This document shows positions 57,225-64,000 of a stretch of 64,000 nt of DNA, one piece after another (the first letter of the stretch is position 1; each line of letters opens with the position of its first letter). The notes under the pieces are model-generated. The model was given only the letters and a program-made list of their open reading frames with translations, searched no databases and had not been told where the DNA came from. The stretch lies in sequence record PQ511146.1, one strand, 5' to 3'. This DNA comes from Escherichia phage NHEP1. Position numbers and translations under genes: made by a program.

Positions 57225-60200
57225 TTACTTCAGTTTCTCTTGCAGCCCAGTAACAACCTCTGTCAATTTTTTAACCTGTTCCTCAAGGGCGGTTATTTTA
57301 TCATCCTGTTCCCTACAAACTTGGACAAGCAAGCCTGTCACAGCTGCGTAATCCACGCTGTAGAATCTTTCCTCTGTTATCAAAGGAGTTCCATCTTGCG
57401 TGGGATCAGGAGCCTCTTTCCTTTGCACGAAAGATCCAACCGCTTCAGGTAATGCTTCCATAACCTCTTGAGCAATTACCCCTGCGTAAGGCATACCATT
57501 CTCTTTTAAAGTGTAGGTATAGCCATTCATCTTCCGGATAGCTTCTAACGCGTTAGGAATAACTTCTATGTTATCCTTCAGGTCGCGGTCAGAGTTTTGG
57601 TTCACGGATACACAGTTTACTGCACCGTTTACAGAAAGATATCTTGATTTATCCGGCAAGGTACCACAATGCCATACCCAATTTGCTTGAGAATCGTCAA
57701 GAACCTTAAACTCCAACACGTTTGGACGATTTCCTGTGCTGCCGTTGCCCCAATAGTGCATATGAGCGCTATTCGCAGGCATGTTGCCACCGTTATTAGT
57801 GACATGGCTTCCAGAAATATATACCTTTAACTCTGGGGTCGGTATTTCCCCTTCTGGGGTTGTTCCTCCATACCTGAAGCTAACACCGTTACCGCCTGTT
57901 TGGGTCCACGGTCCCCAAGTAAAGACCTGCTTCACCATATTCCCATAACGTATAAATCTATCGCCGTGATAGGTAATATACTCTTGAACACACCCATTAC
58001 CGTTATTGGCGTTATTTTGTAACACAATGAGTGTCCCGGCCTCATTTACGGGATAATGACGATCATTTGTTGCATCATTATTTGCAGGCTGATGGTAAAT
58101 ACCCTCCCACAATCCGTGATAGGTATTAAGGTCTGAAGTACCAAGGCCTTGACCCCTGTGCTGCATGGCCTTATTCCAGGGGTGATGATTACCACCTTCT
58201 ATAGACCTGGTGTATAAGTTACTTTGTCTGCCAGCAATCTGGAAAGCGTAGTTTCCTGAGAATCCTACAGATAAGCCACCTACAACCATGGTGTCTTGTG
58301 GACCGTTAACATTACCAGCTATTATTTTTGACGGGTTGTTAGGCCCGAACTGGTTGTTCCAGTCTGCACCAGTATGACATACAAAACCACCAGGAGCTGA
58401 GAAAGTACCGTCCTTGTTGAAGTTGTAGAATCTATGAGCTGTGCCTACCACATCACGAACAATAACTTGACCAGCCTCTGGGGTGGATCTGAACTCTGCC
58501 TGTCCTTGCAGTCTTGCACCATTACCACATTTAGAGGTAAAGGTGTTGTTGATCAGATCCTCTGTTCCTTCCGATGCAGCTTGGAACCCTGCGTTAGAGA
58601 ACAGTGCTTTCCTGGTGGTTTGGCTACCTGGACAAATGTAGTTAAGACCATTATACCACATCTCTACAGGAGGCATCTCTGTCTTACTCATCAGAACCAT
58701 TCTGTCAGGTGTGCCTATATAGTGCCAGCCTGCGCCACCCCCAGTATAGAACCCTGATGTTCCCTTGAACTCAGCAAGAGGTCTGGTGTTTGTTACATCA
58801 TCACCTTTAATTGCAAGACTTAAATTATCTGATGCAAGAGGGGCGCAAAACTTGACACCATCTTGGTTGTTAGTTACATTCCCTACCTGCCAGTCATTTT
58901 CTCTGGTAAATACCTCAAGAACGTTTCTGCTTGCGTAGATACTAACAGGGAAAGCACGCGCCTCAACATAGAATGCAACATACTCCTGCTTTCCTCTGGT
59001 TGGAGCTATGCACCCAAGAATTGCTTTCTCGTTTTGGTAGAAATTAATAACACCTTGGAAAGAATCCCCCCTATCCGTCCAGCCACCAGTTCTGTAGTGA
59101 CACTGCAAGGTAGCACAGTTCATAGGGTCATTTCCAGATGAAGATCTGGTGACTATAGTAATATCCGTACCTGTCGAAGGGGCGTAATACGGATCTGTTC
59201 TAACGATGATTGGGTAGTATTTCCCATCTTCCATCCCTGCGGTTCTTGGCAGTGTTAAGAAATCTTTTACACCTGCTGCTACAGGAACTCTAAACATATT
59301 CTGAGCTTCTGCCAGAGTTGTAACCCCAGTACCACCTGCTGCCTGAGGTAAAGGTTCCCACTTGGCCTTCCGGTTGTTATAAACACCCCATTCCAGAGTA
59401 CCATTACCGGATTCATCCATCCCTCCATCCCAGATTACCATTTTTGCGGCTTTCTTGGATCCCCAGAACCCTCTTTCTGCTCCTGAACTACGGATCCATT
59501 CTCCGAGTCCCCAGTTTGTCAGCTGACCAGTAAGATCCCCAACCTGCATGTATTTAGGACAGTCTAATACGCCGTCTTCGCGGAAACCTAAATATCTATG
59601 GGTTTCAGATCCTTTTGCACCTTTGTGTAGGTGGATTGTTAACCACGCCTTATTGTCGTTTCTTACCTCGGAATAGATCCTATACCCATGCTCAAGGACA
59701 CCGTCAGCACTGTATTTGTCCCCGTGAACAATGCCAGATGCCGACTTGACATCAGCAGAGCTTTGAGACAGGTAAAGGTGCCCGAAGGTAGGAGAATTCC
59801 TAGACCCAAGACCTATGTGCGATCTAAAGGTCTCATCGTTACGAGGTCTGACCATCGGCTGCCATGCAGTCCACTGGTTTGTGTTGGCCTGATAAGTTCT
59901 CAAATACCAAACATCTACGTTAGAGAATGGGTAGTATTCCTGACGACAGCCTGTGCCGCCGTTAGCATTGTTCTGCCAAACAATTAGGTGACCCGCACCA
60001 GAACCTGCAGGGTAACCATTTGCCTCAGTTGCATTAGCAGTCATCGGCTGGTAGTATACACCATCCTGATTACCAGTCAAGTTATTGATATTGAAATTTG
60101 CCTCAAGGGCTGCACGTTGCTTATAGAAAGCCCCTAAGTTAATGCGTGCACCTGCGGCATCTTTGGCCCCTGTACCACCCTGCTCTATAGCAAGAGGTTG

Positions 60201-61043
60201 CCACGAAGCTGTTTGTTGGTTCCACATACCCCAACGGCCTGTTGCATCAAGCTGCAAGTACCCTGCCGTGTTTAAATCATCTCCGGCACGGATAACTGTT
60301 CTTGTTGGGTTGTTTGCCTCCAGGCGTTTAAATTCGTCACGAAGTGCTATTCTTTTTGTTGTTGCTACACCGTTGGTTACTGCAATGGTATACATGGCTC
60401 CAGAGGTAGCGCCACGGAAAATGCCATCAACAGTTGTAGTATCACGACGAGATACCACACCGTTCAGAAATTTTTCACCAGCTGCTTCAGAAGGGTAGTT
60501 AGTAGTTCTTCCCTCTTCAATAACTGCAGGACCAACAAAGTTGACAAGGTGAATAACATCACCTACAGTATGCACTGTACCAAAATCTACCCGCTGTGCA
60601 AGTGCTTTAGCATCGTTGGCTGTCTGAACAGTAACATCCATTACATCCTGGACAGACTGCCCTTCGGCTGTCATGATCATAGATGCGCCAATGGTAGATT
60701 CTAGCTCCTCCCTTAGGGACGGGTCAGTATATACCATCCACGCAGCGTCAGTAATCCCACCGTCAGAATATGGTGAAGACAGTGCAGGGACAGTGTGTGG
60801 AAATTCGCCTTTCCAACGCAGGTATAGATCTTCCTCTTCGAAGTAGGCAAAATCCATTGGGCCGTTTAACTTACCACCTTCCTTAAAGGAGATTACATGA
60901 GAAACAGTCCCATCCACATGGACAACATCGCCAATTTTTACACGACGGGTCAGGTCTGGTTGTTGAACAACCAGGTAATCATCCTCTGTCACTGCGGTAG
61001 TGGCAGGAAGAGATTCAATTCTGACAACTTTAATATCAGCCAT
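57225..61043 (-). CDS. long tail fibre with C-terminal intramolecular chaperone (peptidase S74-like) domain
   Basis: C-terminal ...NSDRDLKDNIEVIPNALEAIRKMNGYTYTLK...AGVIAQEV...PEAV signature (about 57228-57650); AGGAGA SD. Confidence 0.7.
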   Translation of the reverse strand: MADIKVVRIESLPATTAVTEDDYLVVQQPDLTRRVKIGDVVHVDGTVSHVISFKEGGKLNGPMDFAYFEEEDLYLRWKGEFPHTVPALSSPYSDGGITDAAWMVYTDPSLREELESTIGASMIMTAEGQSVQDVMDVTVQTANDAKALAQRVDFGTVHTVGDVIHLVNFVGPAVIEEGRTTNYPSEAAGEKFLNGVVSRRDTTTVDGIFRGATSGAMYTIAVTNGVATTKRIALRDEFKRLEANNPTRTVIRAGDDLNTAGYLQLDATGRWGMWNQQTASWQPLAIEQGGTGAKDAAGARINLGAFYKQRAALEANFNINNLTGNQDGVYYQPMTANATEANGYPAGSGAGHLIVWQNNANGGTGCRQEYYPFSNVDVWYLRTYQANTNQWTAWQPMVRPRNDETFRSHIGLGSRNSPTFGHLYLSQSSADVKSASGIVHGDKYSADGVLEHGYRIYSEVRNDNKAWLTIHLHKGAKGSETHRYLGFREDGVLDCPKYMQVGDLTGQLTNWGLGEWIRSSGAERGFWGSKKAAKMVIWDGGMDESGNGTLEWGVYNNRKAKWEPLPQAAGGTGVTTLAEAQNMFRVPVAAGVKDFLTLPRTAGMEDGKYYPIIVRTDPYYAPSTGTDITIVTRSSSGNDPMNCATLQCHYRTGGWTDRGDSFQGVINFYQNEKAILGCIAPTRGKQEYVAFYVEARAFPVSIYASRNVLEVFTRENDWQVGNVTNNQDGVKFCAPLASDNLSLAIKGDDVTNTRPLAEFKGTSGFYTGGGAGWHYIGTPDRMVLMSKTEMPPVEMWYNGLNYICPGSQTTRKALFSNAGFQAASEGTEDLINNTFTSKCGNGARLQGQAEFRSTPEAGQVIVRDVVGTAHRFYNFNKDGTFSAPGGFVCHTGADWNNQFGPNNPSKIIAGNVNGPQDTMVVGGLSVGFSGNYAFQIAGRQSNLYTRSIEGGNHHPWNKAMQHRGQGLGTSDLNTYHGLWEGIYHQPANNDATNDRHYPVNEAGTLIVLQNNANNGNGCVQEYITYHGDRFIRYGNMVKQVFTWGPWTQTGGNGVSFRYGGTTPEGEIPTPELKVYISGSHVTNNGGNMPANSAHMHYWGNGSTGNRPNVLEFKVLDDSQANWVWHCGTLPDKSRYLSVNGAVNCVSVNQNSDRDLKDNIEVIPNALEAIRKMNGYTYTLKENGMPYAGVIAQEVMEALPEAVGSFVQRKEAPDPTQDGTPLITEERFYSVDYAAVTGLLVQVCREQDDKITALEEQVKKLTEVVTGLQEKLK

Positions 61044-61078
61044 TCTTTCTCCTGAAAGGGGGCAAACAGCCCCCTATG

Positions 61079-63676
61079 TTAAAGGTACAATCCACGGTAT
61101 TGAGCATAAAGTCCCAGACCGCGAAGGATTTCGCCAGAGTGATAGCCTACCGGATCAGAAACTGCCCAGCAGCCGTTTAAAACATTATCCCCGTTAATGA
61201 AGTGGTGCTTTTGCAGTAACTTCATACAGGCTTCTACAACAATATCTATTTGAGGTATTGTCTCTGAATACCCGCAAAGACCTAGCCAGCAGCAACCTGC
61301 AAGCCATTCACCTACCACCCACATCCTGTCTCCTCTGTCCTGATAAGAGTATCCTCCAGAGGTGTTAAAGTCTGTAGGTAGATTTCCTGAATGAGATGAC
61401 TGGAATCTGTTGAGGAACCATGCCCATTTCTGGCAGAACAGGAACAGTCTTTCATCAACAGGTTCTTTATGTTTCTTGAGCTCATATATTGTGCGGCACG
61501 CAGCAACAAAAGATCTTGACTGGAGCTTAGAGTTATCTACCATCTCCCACCAACCAGTCAACCCTTCATTACCTCTTTGCCATACATAACGTGAGGCAAC
61601 TGGACCCTCTGTCTTAAATGTATTATTATACCAGACTTGAGAGTCGTACAGAAAGCCTATTGTATTTGACAATCTATGGCGATCTATGTTTTCTGCACCC
61701 ATGCAGTAGACTGCTGGGTATTGCATGCCAGGGTAGGGCCAATTTGGCTTTTCCTCTAAGAGATAGTTTTCCTTATCTATCACCTTCCCAGCAGGGAACA
61801 CACCAGGAGTGTGTCTGTATGCTCCTTGCTTGTAGTTTCTGACATAGCAATCACCAACCTTGGCGGTTGATTCTGTCTTGCTTGCCATCCATACACTAAA
61901 CCAGATCAGATAAGCATCCCTATCTGCAACATAAAATTGCGGCAGCGTGTTGACGCAATACAGATCGAACAAGCCATTGCCTATCTGCCTGTCGCTCAGA
62001 CTGAAATCTACAGAGGTAATTCCTTTAGGGTTAGCAAAGAAAGGTTTAATCTCATCTTCTGTGTGATGAGGTTGTGTTGGGTCTAGTTTAAAATCGCCCA
62101 GGGTAAGAGTTTCTGTTATCCATTGCCCGTTAGTAGCATATAGATCAGCATACCATAACCAACGGTCTTTGTCAAGAAATTTGACCCTTACCATCTCATC
62201 ATCTGACCGATAAGTCACTGAGTTTAAAGAAATCTCTCTTCCAAAATTGAAAGTTACCTTGCCTCTTACTATGTTGCAACGGGTGAAGTTGTCAGAGTGG
62301 TTGTAAATGTCGGTATCATACTGCATACTGACACTCGCGCCACCGCTTACGGTAATGTTTTCCTCTTTTGGCAAGAGATACGGGTTACCGTCTTTACCAA
62401 CCACCTCCACGAAATCGGTGACCTTGGCAACTGTCTCTGTTACCTCTGACCCTCCAAAAGGGACCCCTATCCTATACTGTTTTTTGTTATTGTTGCCATC
62501 ATTAAGGATGAAATGTGGCTGAAACAGAACCCCTTCTCCTCCGAAATTCATAACAATTTCAGCATCTCTGCCTATTTTGTATGTAATCCCTTTTTGGATT
62601 ATTTCGCAAGGCTGGCGTGCGTTCATTCTAAAATTGATATATCCGTCACTATCCCTACTCATGACAGGTACTGTTCCTGCAACTAGACAGGTGCCATCTG
62701 TGAACGGAGCCTTAATCAACGTGGTCTTTCTAAACAGTTTGTCGTAGGCATTTATATCACTGAAATTAAGCAGCTTGTTGTAAGATTGCTTAAACGCTGT
62801 GTAATACTTTTCCTCACCTGTCAAGGTATAGAGTTGATAACAAGCGTCACACCACATTTCTTCCCCGTCCAACTCTGGGGCTTGATTGTCTGCAACCACG
62901 TTTATAGGATTTACAATTACAGGGGATCCAGCAGGTATCACCGATCCACCCTGCTCTTGTGGCAATCTCACACAGTAGGTTACCTTGTGGCTGCCTGTAA
63001 CACCCTTATCCTGCAGTTGGATTGTGCCGAACTCTGCAGACGTATGACCACTATCGGCTATGCTACCATTGGCCCAATAGCGGTTACCATCCCATGCTAT
63101 ATACCACTCAACCCACCAACTTAATCCAGATGTTGTCCAATTTGGGTTAGCATCTGTGCCGCCGTAAACATCAGAGTCTACAGTGTTTCTTCCTAGCACA
63201 CCGTTATACGCTTGGAATGCCTTGTCTAAGTATTCTCCCCATGTCGGGGATCCAGCTGGGATTTTTCCTCTACCATTGGTGAAAGACACCACTACATCTT
63301 TAAACCCACCATGTGATGGAACCCCATCTGTGGATAACGGGTAGTGGGACAATCTTTGCATTTTACTTTCTACTGCATATACGCCCAGAAGATGACTGTT
63401 GTAGGCTTCCCAAGCCTCTTTGGCCCTATCTAGATAAAAATCGCTTTTTGATGCCCTGTATGCCTCAATGTACCCCAGAATCAACACAGCCTGAGCTTCA
63501 TGCATTGCCCAATCATTATTTATCTTACTCCCTGACCAACCTGACGCTATAAGTCCATCCTGGTTTACCAGTTTGTTCTGCGTGGGGAGATTGGTAATGC
63601 CTGTGTTGTTATCGAGGCACTTCCTGTGCCCCTCAATCATCTGAAATACGTTATCAATGTTGTGTTGAATACGCAT
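61079..63676 (-). CDS. large tail-associated protein (865 aa), possibly a glycan-binding/degrading spike
   Basis: AGGAGC SD; aromatic/Trp-rich; no diagnostic catalytic motif. Confidence 0.55.
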   Translation of the reverse strand: MRIQHNIDNVFQMIEGHRKCLDNNTGITNLPTQNKLVNQDGLIASGWSGSKINNDWAMHEAQAVLILGYIEAYRASKSDFYLDRAKEAWEAYNSHLLGVYAVESKMQRLSHYPLSTDGVPSHGGFKDVVVSFTNGRGKIPAGSPTWGEYLDKAFQAYNGVLGRNTVDSDVYGGTDANPNWTTSGLSWWVEWYIAWDGNRYWANGSIADSGHTSAEFGTIQLQDKGVTGSHKVTYCVRLPQEQGGSVIPAGSPVIVNPINVVADNQAPELDGEEMWCDACYQLYTLTGEEKYYTAFKQSYNKLLNFSDINAYDKLFRKTTLIKAPFTDGTCLVAGTVPVMSRDSDGYINFRMNARQPCEIIQKGITYKIGRDAEIVMNFGGEGVLFQPHFILNDGNNNKKQYRIGVPFGGSEVTETVAKVTDFVEVVGKDGNPYLLPKEENITVSGGASVSMQYDTDIYNHSDNFTRCNIVRGKVTFNFGREISLNSVTYRSDDEMVRVKFLDKDRWLWYADLYATNGQWITETLTLGDFKLDPTQPHHTEDEIKPFFANPKGITSVDFSLSDRQIGNGLFDLYCVNTLPQFYVADRDAYLIWFSVWMASKTESTAKVGDCYVRNYKQGAYRHTPGVFPAGKVIDKENYLLEEKPNWPYPGMQYPAVYCMGAENIDRHRLSNTIGFLYDSQVWYNNTFKTEGPVASRYVWQRGNEGLTGWWEMVDNSKLQSRSFVAACRTIYELKKHKEPVDERLFLFCQKWAWFLNRFQSSHSGNLPTDFNTSGGYSYQDRGDRMWVVGEWLAGCCWLGLCGYSETIPQIDIVVEACMKLLQKHHFINGDNVLNGCWAVSDPVGYHSGEILRGLGLYAQYRGLYL

Positions 63677-63677
63677 C

Positions 63678-63965
63678 TTAGATAGCTCCTGCTATAATCA
63701 GTGCCCCGTACCAAGTTAGCCCGTTGTCGTAGGTTTCTAACTTGAAAATATCTGTTGCACCAGCTGTAAATGTTAGGATAGGATCTCTTCCGTATGCCCA
63801 TTTAACATTATCAGGCCAATAGACTTTGTTACCGCCAGAGGTCTGAGTAATGCATACGGTTATAGTTCTCGCTACCCCTTCAAGACCTTCTGTCTGATTT
63901 TCAAAAGAGATTGTGGTATTTGAAGTTAGTCGAACTTTAAAAGTGTCCGCAACTTCAAGATCCAT
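63678..63965 (-). CDS. hypothetical structural protein, possibly 5'-truncated by window edge
   Basis: no SD before the ATG at 63965 and the frame stays open upstream to 64000. Confidence 0.4.
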   Translation of the reverse strand: MDLEVADTFKVRLTSNTTISFENQTEGLEGVARTITVCITQTSGGNKVYWPDNVKWAYGRDPILTFTAGATDIFKLETYDNGLTWYGALIIAGAI

Positions 63966-64000
63966 ATCAAGCTGACCACCAATAGATCCGTAATCAACTA

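Noticed and set aside
1-64000. Prophage or integrative element features (integrase, att sites, repressor) and mobile elements
   Set aside because: No tyrosine/serine recombinase, transposase or IS-like terminal inverted repeats were found; gene content is that of a virulent phage.

Overview
This window reads as a contiguous stretch of a virulent tailed-phage (Caudoviricetes) genome of about 43-45% GC, densely coded and almost entirely on the minus strand. The calls rest on motif reading of the six-frame ORF track plus manual inspection of start sites, promoters and hairpins; no database search was possible. Layout from left to right: (1) 1-1233 holds three small minus-strand genes, each with its own sigma70-like promoter. 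(2) 1234-2512 is a 1.3-kb non-coding region with a T14 tract, two tandem units each carrying a Fur-box-like palindrome, and 23-bp direct repeats. (3) 2513-10417 is an early-type region of about 25 small genes with several TTGACA/TATAAT promoters, including a macro-domain protein and a protein ending in the E. coli SSB tip DDDIPF. (4) 10467-29335 is a long replication/metabolism operon: family A DNA polymerase interrupted by an intein, T7 gp4-like primase-helicase, two orphan DNA methyltransferases, Dda-like helicase, a GHKL ATPase (rIIA-like) with partner, a secreted SleB-like cell-wall hydrolase and a MoxR-like AAA+ ATPase. (5) 29478-36173 is a counter-oriented plus-strand module launched from back-to-back divergent promoters and closed by a bidirectional terminator; it encodes a DUF2201-type metallopeptidase-VWA protein (the expected partner of the MoxR ATPase), a HAD phosphatase, an HNH-like protein and zinc-ribbon proteins. 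(6) 36221-64000 is a tail/host-recognition module with a lambda J-like tip protein, at least five fibre or spike proteins, a tail fibre assembly protein and a fibre with a C-terminal S74 chaperone domain. No tRNA, rRNA, CRISPR array, integrase or transposase was seen. The ORF track often extends N-termini with TTG/GTG codons; in several cases the TTG is the -35 hexamer of a promoter, and starts were refined where an SD-preceded ATG/GTG sits downstream. The best candidate for a previously undescribed system is the split MoxR / metallopeptidase-VWA pair; the intein and the Fur-box-like repeat region are the next most interesting.
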